From the NCBI GenBank assembly GCA_963833095.1, contig CAWHWQ010000008.1, positions 1 through 64,000 on the forward strand: a stretch of 64,000 nt of DNA. Reading direction: 5' to 3'. The first letter of the stretch is position 1, and every line of letters begins with the position of its first letter. The notes beneath the pieces were generated by a model. The model was given only the letters and a program-made list of their open reading frames with translations, did not search any database and was not told the DNA's origin. Positions 1 through 9,113 of this stretch are shown here, piece after piece. Position numbers and translations under genes: made by a program. The DNA is from Vulcanimicrobiota bacterium (GTDB taxonomy: Bacteria; Vulcanimicrobiota; Vulcanimicrobiia; Vulcanimicrobiales; Vulcanimicrobiaceae).

Positions 1-526
1 CCTCGTCGACGTCGCGCAAGCCGATTTGCACAGTGGTTTCAGCGCGCGCATAGCCGTTCTTGAGCGCGAACCACAGGGGCATTCCGTGCACGTTGCCACT
101 GGGTGAACTCTGCGGATTGTTGATATCGGAATGGGCATCGATCCACACTAAGCCCGGTGGCGCCGAACGCGCGCGGGTCAGGCCGGCAAGGGTTCCCATC
201 GCAATGGAATGATCGCCGCCAAGCACGATCGGCAGGCCGCCGTTGCGCACACTTTCCTCAACGAAACGCGCGAGCTCTTCGCACACCCGCTCGATCACCG
301 TGAGATACTTCGCCGACGCATCATGCGCATCGAGACCTTCGCGAATCGGCACGGGAAGATTCCCATGATCGAGCACTTCGGGAATTCCAAGCTCGCGCAA
401 GCGTTCGTACAACTTCGCGTATCGGATAGCGGATGGTCCCATGTCGACGCCGCGCCGGCTCGCGCCAAGATCCATCGGGACACCGATAACGTCGACGCGC
501 GTGGTTCGGCTGTGATCGGTGCGCAT
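1..526 (-). CDS. rocF: Arginase (3' end outside window)
   Basis: Manual translation from 526: MRTDHSRTTRVDVIGVPMDLGASRRGVDMGPSAIRY...LGGDHSIAMG...WIDAHSDINNPQSSPSGNVHGMPL; ureohydrolase Mn-binding motifs. Not in the ORF track because it runs off the edge. Confidence 0.93.
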   Translation of the reverse strand, partial: MRTDHSRTTRVDVIGVPMDLGASRRGVDMGPSAIRYAKLYERLRELGIPEVLDHGNLPVPIREGLDAHDASAKYLTVIERVCEELARFVEESVRNGGLPIVLGGDHSIAMGTLAGLTRARSAPPGLVWIDAHSDINNPQSSPSGNVHGMPLWFALKNGYARAETTVQIGLRDVDE

Positions 527-990
527 TACCATTTTGACGTAATCCCTTCGGTCGGTTGCTTGGGATAGATGCGCTTCATCAACCATGTGATACCGGCGGA
601 GAGACGATTGGCAACGGGTTTGAGAAAACCCATTCCCGGCGCGTAGCCGTCGTCGACATCAAGTGTGTAGAAAAACGCGCCGTAGACGCGCTGACAAGCC
701 TGCGTCCACAGGCGCGCGCGATCCATGCACGCGGGATCGCGCTCGAGCAGCGCAGCGACGACGGCGCGATCGTCGGGTGCATTCGCGACGACTTCAGCAA
801 AGGCGCGATGGCCGAGACCAAGCATGTGCAAAAAATCGCGGTCCACCGGCGACTGACCGTAGAGGTAGGTACCAAGCGTGCCATGCAACGCGGCGCGCGC
901 CTTGTCGATCAGGCGCGGAAGCCACGCAGCGCCGTCGAGCTCAACGTTCCAGCGCCGCGGCGACTCGTACCGTAAATCGAGAACCTGCAT
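526..990 (-). CDS. DUF5069-like protein
   Basis: MQVLDLRYESPRRWNVELDGAAWLPRLIDKARA: DL..PR...L.G...LPR.IDKARA pattern; TAATG overlap with arginase start. Confidence 0.75.
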   Translation of the reverse strand: MQVLDLRYESPRRWNVELDGAAWLPRLIDKARAALHGTLGTYLYGQSPVDRDFLHMLGLGHRAFAEVVANAPDDRAVVAALLERDPACMDRARLWTQACQRVYGAFFYTLDVDDGYAPGMGFLKPVANRLSAGITWLMKRIYPKQPTEGITSKW

Positions 991-1102
991 ACACCGCGGG
1001 TTCGGTACGAAGGCTTGCGCCTCCCGGAGTCGTACGCTAGTGACCGGTAGCGTCGGGATATATAGCGACGCTGCTTGTTTTCGAGACGAGAGACAAGGAG
1101 CG

Positions 1103-1240
1103 ATGAGCGACAAAAGCCGAGCTTTGCAAGCGAAGAGCGACGATGTCTATCGCTCGAAAACAAGCGGCCCTGCGGGTCACGGGAAGCGCGCAGGCGCCGG
1201 CGCTATACATCCCGGGGCTGCAGGCCGTTCCCCGCGATGA
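1103..1240 (+). CDS. Small hypothetical ORF (45 aa) preceding the BMP operon
   Basis: AAGGAG at 1095-1100, ATG 1103, TGA overlaps BMP ATG (ATGA 1237-1240); no recognised domain. Confidence 0.4.
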   Translation: MSDKSRALQAKSDDVYRSKTSGPAGHGKRAGAGAIHPGAAGRSPR

Positions 1241-2252
1241 GGCACTGGGCCGTCGCCGCGATTCTTGCAGCGGTCTGCGCGTTCGCTTTTGCCGGTTGCG
1301 GGCGTCACCGCGGGCCGGCGCCGGGACAAACAACGCTCGGCATGGTGACCGACACCGGCGGACTCGGCGACCGGTCGTTCAACGACGGGGCATATCGGGG
1401 TCTCATTCGCGCCAAAACGCAACTCGGCGCCTACGTGCAGGTGCTGCAATCGCGTTCGGCCGCCGACTACCAGCCGAATCTCACCGTGCTGACCAACAGA
1501 ATACGACAAGATCTTTGCCGTCGGTTTTCTGATGGCGCGCGATCTCGACTAAGTCGCGAAGCAAATTCCCACGCAACTTTGCGATCATCGACGCGGTTGT
1601 CGATGATCCCAACGTTGCGTCGATCACGTTTCGCGAACAAGAAGGTTCGTTTCTCGCCGGTGCGCTCGCGGCGATGGCGACCAAGACGAAGACGATCGCC
1701 TTCATCGGCGGCATCGACATTCCGCTGTTGCGCAAATTCGAAGCCGGCTATACTGCGGGCGCGCGCGAAGTCGATCCGGCGATCAGCGTCGCGTGAAGTA
1801 CGTCGGCTCGTTCGACGATCCGGCCGCCGGAAAAGAAATCTCCGGCGTGCTGCTCATCGCAGCGCCGACATCATCTACATCGCCGCCGGCAAAGCCGGAC
1901 TGGGAGCGGCGACGCAGATCAAATCGCGCGACGGCGGCTACACGATCGGCGTCGACTCGATCAAGACGCACTCGTGCCCGGCAAAATCCTCACCAGCATG
2001 GTCAAGCGCGTCGACGTCGGCGTGCTTCGAGGTCGCGCAAGCACTGCACGACGGCAAGCCGATGCACGGGCACATCGAGTTCGGACTCAAGGACGGCGCG
2101 ATCGGATTGACTGACTTTCAGTACACCAAAGCCGCCATCGGTGCAGCGAATTTGACGAGCTTGGCTAGGTCGCAACGCGATCATCACCGGGAAGATCGTG
2201 CCGCCCGACACGCGCGAGGAGCTCGCGTCATTTAAGCCGGTGGAAGCTGTGA
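1237..2252 (+). CDS. BMP-family ABC substrate-binding lipoprotein (nucleoside type), frameshifted
   Basis: Lipobox [37 protein letters not shown] spread over several frames. Confidence 0.88.
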
Positions 2253-3716
2253 GGCCGAACCAGTCCTCTCGCTGCGCGGCATTCGCAAGCCTTTCGGCGG
2301 TGTCGCGGTCGACGGCGTCGACCTCGACCTGTAGCGCCGGCGAGATTCACGCGCTGGTCGGCGAGAACGGCGCCGGCAAGTCGACGCTGGCGGCGATTGC
2401 GTTCGGCGCGGTGATTCCCGACGAAGGCACGGTTGAAGCGCACGAGGTCGTCGGCCTCGTGCACCAGCACTTCCAGCTCGTCGACCGGCTCAACGTGTGG
2501 GAGAACGTGCTGCTCGGGCGCGAGCCGAAGCGCGGCTGGCGCATCGATCGAGCGGCCGCGCGCGAACGCGTGCGCGCACTCGCGGCCGAGCACGGGCTCG
2601 AGGTCGATCCCGACGCGGTCGTCGAGAAGTTGCCGATCGGCGTGCAGCAGCGCGTCGAATTGCTGCGCGAGCTCGAACGCGAGCCGGGCGTGCTGCTGCT
2701 CGACGAGCCGACGGCCGCGCTCGCGCCGACCGAGATCGCGTCGTTCTTCCGCACGATCGCGCGCGCTCGCCAAGGCCGGCACCGCGGTGCTGATCGTGAC
2801 CCACAAGCTGCAGGAAGTGATCGACTACAGCACGCGCGTGACCGTGATGCGCGCCGGCAAGGTCGTCGCGCGCTACGAGACCAGCGCGACGTCGACCGAC
2901 GAGATCGCGCGCGCGATGGTCGGCGGCGAACTGCCGCCGCTCGCCGAGCGCGCCCCGACGGACGCCGGCGCCGCGCCTGTCGGTGCGCGCGCTCTGCGGC
3001 CGGGAGCGGCGGCGGCGAGCTCGTCGACGGCACCTTCGAGGTGCGCGCGGGCGAGATCGTCGGCATGGCGGGCGTCGAGGGCAACGGGCAGACCGCGCTG
3101 GCCGATGCGCTGGCCGGCGTGATCGCGTATACCGGCACGATCGAGCTCGACGGCGTGCCGCTCACGCCGCGGTGACGCCGGCCGCACGGCTCGCCGCGGG
3201 CATGCGCGTGATTCCGCAGGACCGCCGCAACGAAGCGCTCGTGCTGGGCTGGTCGATCGCCGAGAACGTCGCGCTCGGGCGCCACCAGACCGCGCCGCTG
3301 CGCCGCGGCGCGGTCATCGATCGCGCGGCCGAGCGCGCCGCGCGCGCCGAAGAGCGTGATCGCGAGCGCTTCGACGTGCGGCCGCCCGATCCGCGAGCGA
3401 TCGTCGATGCGCTCTCGGGCGGCAACCAGCAGAAGATCGTCGTCGGCCGCGCGCTCGGCGCGCATCCGCAGCTGATCGTCGCCTATCAGCCGACGCGCGG
3501 CATCGACGTCGGCGCCGCCACGCTCGTGCAATCGCGCTTGATCGAAGCGCGCAACGCGCGGCGTCGCGGTACTGCTGATCTCGTTCGAGCTCGACGAGAT
3601 CTTCGCGCTGGCCGACCGCGTGCTCGTGATGTCGGGCGGCGCGGTTCGTCGGCGCGTTCGATCGCGCCAACGTCGATCGCGGACGCGTCGGCGCGCTGAT
3701 GGCGGGCGGTCACTGA
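2249..3716 (+). CDS. ABC ATP-binding protein, two-domain sugar/nucleoside type, frameshifted
   Basis: GENGAGKST, LLDEPT, LSGGNQQK, QPTRGIDVGA. Confidence 0.9.
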
Positions 3717-4753
3717 TGGCGCGCGTTCGGCGCGTGGTGCGCTCGTGCGCGATCTGGGCGGTCGCGCTGATCGTCGTGCTTCGGCGTCGGCAGCATCGCG
3801 ATGCTGCTGCGCGCACGTCTCGCCGATCGACGGCTTCTACGCGCTCTTCGACGGCGCGTTCGGCACGACGTCGGAGTTCGCCGAAACGCTCGTGTCCAGG
3901 CGACCGCGCTGCTCTTCCCCGCGCTCGGGATCGCGCTCGCGTTTCGCGCCGGGCTGTTCAACATCGGCGCCGAGGGACAACTCGTGCTCGGCGGCCTCGC
4001 GCCGGGCATCGCCGGCGTGTTCGTGCCCGGTCCGCCGGTCGTCTCGATCATCGTGACGCTGCTGGCCGGCGCGATCGCGGGCGGCGTGTGGGGCGGCATC
4101 GCCGGGTTCGTTGAAAGCGCGCTTCGGCGCGAACGAAGTCATCGCGACGCTGATGCTCAACGTCATTGCGGGCTGTTCGCGACGTACGTCGTCAACGGGC
4201 CGCTGCACTTTCCGACTCGCCAACGAAGGCGAGACGCCGTTGCTCGGCGCAGACGGCGTGGCTGCCGACGATCGTGCCCGAGCACGCGGCTCACGATCGC
4301 GATCATCATCGCGCTGTTGCGCTCGCGCTGCGCTGACGTGGGTCTTCAACCGCACGGTGTTCGGCTTCGAGCTGCGCGCGGCGGGTGAAGCGCCCGAAGC
4401 GGCGCGCCGCGCCGGCATCGACCTCAGCCGCATCGCGCTGCTCGCGATGACGTTCTCCGGCGCGATCGCGGGACTCGGCGGCGCGACGCTCGTCACCGGC
4501 GTGCTGCACCGCTTCAACACCGGACTCAGCCCGGGCTACGGGTTCGTCGCGATCGCGGTCGCGCTGGTCGGCAATCTCGAGCCGTTCTGGATCTGCGGTG
4601 GCGGCGTTCGCGTTCGGCATCTTGCAGAACGGCGCGCTCTCGATGCAGGCGGAGGCGAACGTGCCGCGCGACGTCGATCAACGTGGTCGAGGGCCTCGTG
4701 ATCATCGTCTGCTCGCGGGACGGCGCTACATCGCGTCGCGGCGGTCGACGTGA
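3716..4753 (+). CDS. Nucleoside ABC permease 1, frameshifted
   Basis: AFRAGLFNIGAEGQ, GANEVIATLMLN, GYGFVAIAVAL. Confidence 0.88.
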
Positions 4754-5615
4754 ACCCGCGCGTCGCCGCGCTGATCGCGCTGGCCGCGCTCACGCTGATC
4801 AAAGCGACGCCGCTGATCTTCGCCGCGCTCGGCGGCGTGCTCTCGGAACGTTCGGGCGTCGTGAACATCGGGCTCGAAGGCATCATGGTCGGCGGCGCGT
4901 TCTTCGCGGTGTGCGTCTCCGGCGCGACCGGCAGCCCGCTGCTCGGCGCGCTCGCCGGCATCGTTGCGGGCGCGCTGCTCGCCGCGTCTGCTCGCGTTCG
5001 CGGCGACGCGCTTCGTATCGATCAGATCGTGGCGGGCACCGGGCTCAACATCGTCGCGCTCGGCGCCGCCGCGTTCGGGCTCGTGCTGGTGTTCGGCCAA
5101 CCGGGCGCTCGCGTCAAGTGCCGGCGTTCGGGCACGGGAAACTGGGTGCTGACCGTGCTCGCGTTCGTGCTGGCCGGCGGCGTTGTCGCTGTTCCTCAAC
5201 CGCACGCCGTGGGGACTGCGCGTGCGCGCGTGCGGCGAAAATCCCGCGCGCGGCCGCCGCGGCCGGGATCGATCCGCTGCGCTGCGCTTCTGGGCCGTCG
5301 TTGCGGGCGGCGCGATCGCGGCGCTCGGCGGCGTGTTCCTCTCGCTCGCCGAATTGGATCTCTACTCCGACGGCATGACTGCCGGCCGCGGCTTCATCGC
5401 GCTTGCCGCCGTGATCTTCGGCCGCTGGACGCCGTTCGGCGCAACCGCGGCCTGCGTCTTCTTCGGATTCTTCTCCGCTTTGCAATTCGTCTTGCAGGCA
5501 ATGCGCGGCTCCCGGCGAACTGATGCAGGCGCTGCCGTATATTGCCGCGCTCGTTGCGCTCGCCGGCCTCGCCGGACGCGTGCGCGCGCCCGCTGCCGAC
5601 GGCGTTCCGTTCTAA
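4750..5615 (+). CDS. Nucleoside ABC permease 2, frameshifted
   Basis: SERSGVVNIGLEG, GRGFIALAAVIFGRW, ends RAPAADGVPF*. Confidence 0.88.
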
Positions 5616-5644
5616 CTAAAGCTCAGAAAAACTATTGCAGCCTG

Positions 5645-5653
5645 TGTTATACT
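5645..5653 (+). promoter_or_regulatory. Extended -10 promoter (TGnTATACT)
   Basis: TG-T-TATACT, 9 nt before GTG 5663; would give a near-leaderless transcript. Confidence 0.45.
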
Positions 5654-5662
5654 GCGAAGAAC

Positions 5663-6652
5663 GTGGGCGATTCGCGGGCAGTACGTTTTGTCATTGCCAT
5701 TATCGCGGGAATGCTGGTGCCCTTCCTTGGGGTATCTTCACCCGCGCAGGCGACGCTCGTCCCTCCTCCGATGCAATCGCTCCGCGCCGCTCTTCACAAG
5801 ATGGTCGCGCGCTTTCCCGCGTCGACCGCCGTCGAAGTGAGGACCTTGCGACCGGCTACACATCGGATATAACGCCGGGGCGGTGATGCCGGCGGCATCC
5901 ACGATCAAGGTTCCGGTGATGGTCGAGGTTTTTGCGCAGCTCGAAGCAGGGCGCTTCCAACTCGACCGTCGCGTCACGCTGCTCGCGGGAGACAAGGATT
6001 AGGGCTCGGGCGAGTTGTGCAACGCCCCCGTCGGCACCAATACACTGTCGCGAGCTGCTACGCTAGATGATCACATCAGCGACAACACCGCCACCAACAT
6101 GCTGATCCGCCTGGTCGGCTTGAGCAGGATCAACCGATGATGGCCCACCTCGGGCTGGACCAGACGCACTTGCACGATTACATCCGCTCCGATAGTTGGT
6201 CGATCCGATACGCGCTGGAGTCGTCGCCGGCCGACATGGTCGCTTGGCCGATGATGGCCGCGTCAACTGATTGACGAGTGGTCGTCGCGCGAGATGATCG
6301 CGATCATGACGGCGATCAAATCAACACGTTGCTTCCGGAGCCGTTGCCGCAAGGCATCGCGATCGCGCACAAGACCGGCAGCTTCTTCGACACACTCAAT
6401 GACGTCGGCATCGTGTACGGCGACGACCCGTATGTCATCGCCGTAATGACGACACACCTTCCCTCGCTGGATATGGGCCGCACGTTCATCCGCGCCTTGT
6501 CGCTGCTCACGTTTCAACATGAAGCGCGTATGGCTGCGTGGCGCGGCCTTACCGGGATCAGTGCCTTTAACGAAACGAGCAGCGCGACGTCCCCCGACTT
6601 GCGCTATTGGGGACACGATAGCACAACCTCCTCGAGCAACGGCTCTCACTAG
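5663..6652 (+). CDS. Serine hydrolase, class A beta-lactamase-like, frameshifted
   Basis: Signal peptide; AASTIK (SxxK), SDN, HKTG, NDVGIV; in-frame TAG at 6000-6002 and several indels. Confidence 0.82.
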
Positions 6653-6661
6653 CGTTCCACA

Positions 6662-6930
6662 TTTGTCATCCCGAGCGTAGCGAAGCGTAGTGAGCGTAGT
6701 CGAGGGATCATCGTGACCCGTGCATCGCTTCACCGTTGCCGCTCGCGAAAACGCTCGTCGCTCCACGTCCTGTGTCGCTCCTGCTGCGCGAGTTTTGCGC
6801 CACGACCAGAGGAACTTCGCGTCCTGCGAATGGCGCAAAACTTCGAGCCTTCGCTTAGCGGCAACGGTAAAGCGCCGCAAATAGCTTCGTCGATTCCTCG
6901 ACTTCGCTGCGCTACGCTCGGAATGACAAA
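6662..6930. repeat. Nested inverted-repeat element (REP/MITE-like)
   Basis: Arms 6662-6709 / 6892-6930; inner pairs 6726-6749 / 6850-6874 and 6791-6802 / 6831-6842. Confidence 0.85.
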
Positions 6931-6935
6931 GAGCT

Positions 6936-7880
6936 TTAGACCGTTACCTTCGTACGTGACGCGTAGGCAGCGGTAAGCCATTGGCTCCGGGCGGGGTCTT
7001 GGTTACGCACAGCGCGCTGGTACACATCGGCGAGCATACGCGTGACGGGGCCCATCGTGCCGTCGCCGACGGTGCGGCGATCGACCGACGCAATGTGCGC
7101 GATGCCGGCAGCCGTGCCGGTGAAGAAGAGTTCGTCGGCGGCATAAAGCTCGCCGCGATCGACCGATCGCTCGATCGTCTCGACGCCCAGACTTGCGCCG
7201 ATTTCCATGATCGCTCGCCGGGTGCAGCCTTCAAGCACGTTTTGCGAAGGATCGGGTGTAAGTAGCTTGCCGTCGCGTACGAGAAAGACATTTTCCGCCG
7301 AGCCTTCGGCCACGTGCCCGTCGTGCGAAAGCAAAATCGCTTCGTCGTAGCCGTTCGTGATGGCTTCGCTTTTTGCAAGCGCGGAGTTGACGTAGAGGCC
7401 GGTGATCTTGGCACGCGGGGGCGCCATCGAGTCGTCGGCACGCCGCCACGAGCTGATGCACACGTTGAGCCCCTTGCTCGTGTCGAGATAGCTCGTGAAC
7501 GGCAACGGGATGATCGCAAAAGCGTCGGGCACGTTATGCAGACGCACACCGATATCTTCGGCTGCTTTAAAGATACACGGGCGCACGTAGATGTCGGTTT
7601 CGAAGCGATTGAGCGCGCACAATTCGGTCGTGATCTCGATCAGCTCGTCGACTGAGTGCGGCACGTTCATCATGAGAATCTTTGCCGACGTCTTGAGACG
7701 GTCGTAATGCTCGCGCAAGAGAACGAGATACAGTTCACGCTCGGTGGAGCTCCAGTACCCGCGGATACCCTCGAAGCAGCCCGTGCCATATTGCAGGCCG
7801 TGCGTCAGCAGCCCAACTTTGGCTTCATCGTAGCGGCAGAACGTGCCGTTTGCGTAGACGGTGGTCGACGAAAGATCCAC
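6936..7880 (-). CDS. ilvE: Branched-chain amino acid aminotransferase
   Basis: LTHGLQYGTGCFEGIRGY, RAKITGLYVNS, EGSAENVF, LFFTGTAA; AAGGAG upstream of GTG. Confidence 0.93.
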   Translation of the reverse strand: MDLSSTTVYANGTFCRYDEAKVGLLTHGLQYGTGCFEGIRGYWSSTERELYLVLLREHYDRLKTSAKILMMNVPHSVDELIEITTELCALNRFETDIYVRPCIFKAAEDIGVRLHNVPDAFAIIPLPFTSYLDTSKGLNVCISSWRRADDSMAPPRAKITGLYVNSALAKSEAITNGYDEAILLSHDGHVAEGSAENVFLVRDGKLLTPDPSQNVLEGCTRRAIMEIGASLGVETIERSVDRGELYAADELFFTGTAAGIAHIASVDRRTVGDGTMGPVTRMLADVYQRAVRNQDPARSQWLTAAYASRTKVTV

Positions 7881-7946
7881 GGCCGTTAAACACTCCTTAA
7901 AGGATCGAAGGTTGCCGTTTGCAGGGTGGCGCACCTGTACCGCAAC

Positions 7947-9113
7947 ATGCGCAAGGTCTTGGGCGTCTTCCTGACCTTCCTTCGTTTGGGTTGCACGTCG
8001 TTCGGCGGCCCCGTCGCGCATCTTTCCTATTTCCAACGCGAATTCGTGGAGCGGCGGCATTGGCTCGACGACACCGCCTTCGGCGAATGCGTCGCGCTCA
8101 CGCAGCTCTTGCCCGGTCCGGCAAGTTCGCAAACGGGAATGTTGCTCGGATGGCTTCGAGCCGGCCCGGCCGGCGCGGTTGCTGCGTGGATCGGGTTCAC
8201 GCTCCCCTCAGCGGTGCTCATGACGCTCTTTGCGCTGGCCGTGCCCCATGCCGGCGTTCGTGCGGGTTGGCTGCACGGATTACTGCTTGTCGCAGTCGCG
8301 GTCGTTGCCTCGGCGCTCGTGGCGCTGCGGCGCTCGCTGGCACCCGACCTTGCCCGATCGCTTCTCGCCGTGGCCGTGCTTCTTTTGATGCTGGTGGTTC
8401 CGTTCCCGAACGTTGCGCCACTCGCCATTGCCGCTGCGGCGCTCGTCGGACTCGTGCTGCCCGGTGCGCACCAGCACGCGCAGCCGCAGCTCGACCTGCA
8501 TGTGTCACGGCGCACCGGTATTGTTTCGCTGGTGCTCTTTGCGCTCGCGTTCGTTGCGCTCGGTATCTGGTCCGCGAGCGGTTCGCACATCGCGGTGCTC
8601 GCGAACACGCTGTTTCGTATCGGCAGCCTGGTTTTTGGCGGCGGGCACGTCGTGTTGCCCCTTCTGCAAACGCAGGCCGTAGCAGCGGGCATCGTGGATA
8701 GCCCCACGATCCTTGCCGGTTACGCTGCAGCGCAGGCTATGCCGGGCCCGCTCTTCACGATCGCATCATACGTCGGCGCGAGTGCCTGGCATTCGTCGCT
8801 TGGGGTAATCGGCGCACTGATTGGAACGCTAGCAATCTTCACGCCGTCATTTTTCCTACTCGCCGGAATTGCGCCGTTCTACCGGCAACTCGCCGCGAGC
8901 GCGCACTTTCGCGCCGCGCTTGCCGGAGCGAACGCCGGTGTGGTCGGCCTGCTGGCCGCCGCCTTCGTGTCACCGATTTTTTCAGGCACGGTTCGCACGC
9001 CACTAGACGGCATTGCGGCACTGGTCGCGTTCGCCGCAATCCAGTATGCTAAGTTCCCCACATGGTCCCTCGTGATTCTCGCAGCACTCTTCGGTTACGT
9101 CGTGGAGCGATAA
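7947..9113 (+). CDS. chrA: Chromate efflux transporter
   Basis: FLRLGCTSFGGPVAH, QLLPGPASSQ, FGGGHVVLP, AQAMPGPLF. Confidence 0.92.
   Translation: MRKVLGVFLTFLRLGCTSFGGPVAHLSYFQREFVERRHWLDDTAFGECVALTQLLPGPASSQTGMLLGWLRAGPAGAVAAWIGFTLPSAVLMTLFALAVPHAGVRAGWLHGLLLVAVAVVASALVALRRSLAPDLARSLLAVAVLLLMLVVPFPNVAPLAIAAAALVGLVLPGAHQHAQPQLDLHVSRRTGIVSLVLFALAFVALGIWSASGSHIAVLANTLFRIGSLVFGGGHVVLPLLQTQAVAAGIVDSPTILAGYAAAQAMPGPLFTIASYVGASAWHSSLGVIGALIGTLAIFTPSFFLLAGIAPFYRQLAASAHFRAALAGANAGVVGLLAAAFVSPIFSGTVRTPLDGIAALVAFAAIQYAKFPTWSLVILAALFGYVVER

Noticed and set aside
6000..6002. In-frame TAG in the serine hydrolase as amber recoding
   Set aside because: Lies in the most error-dense segment and is one base from TGG/TAC; other genes here end normally in TAG
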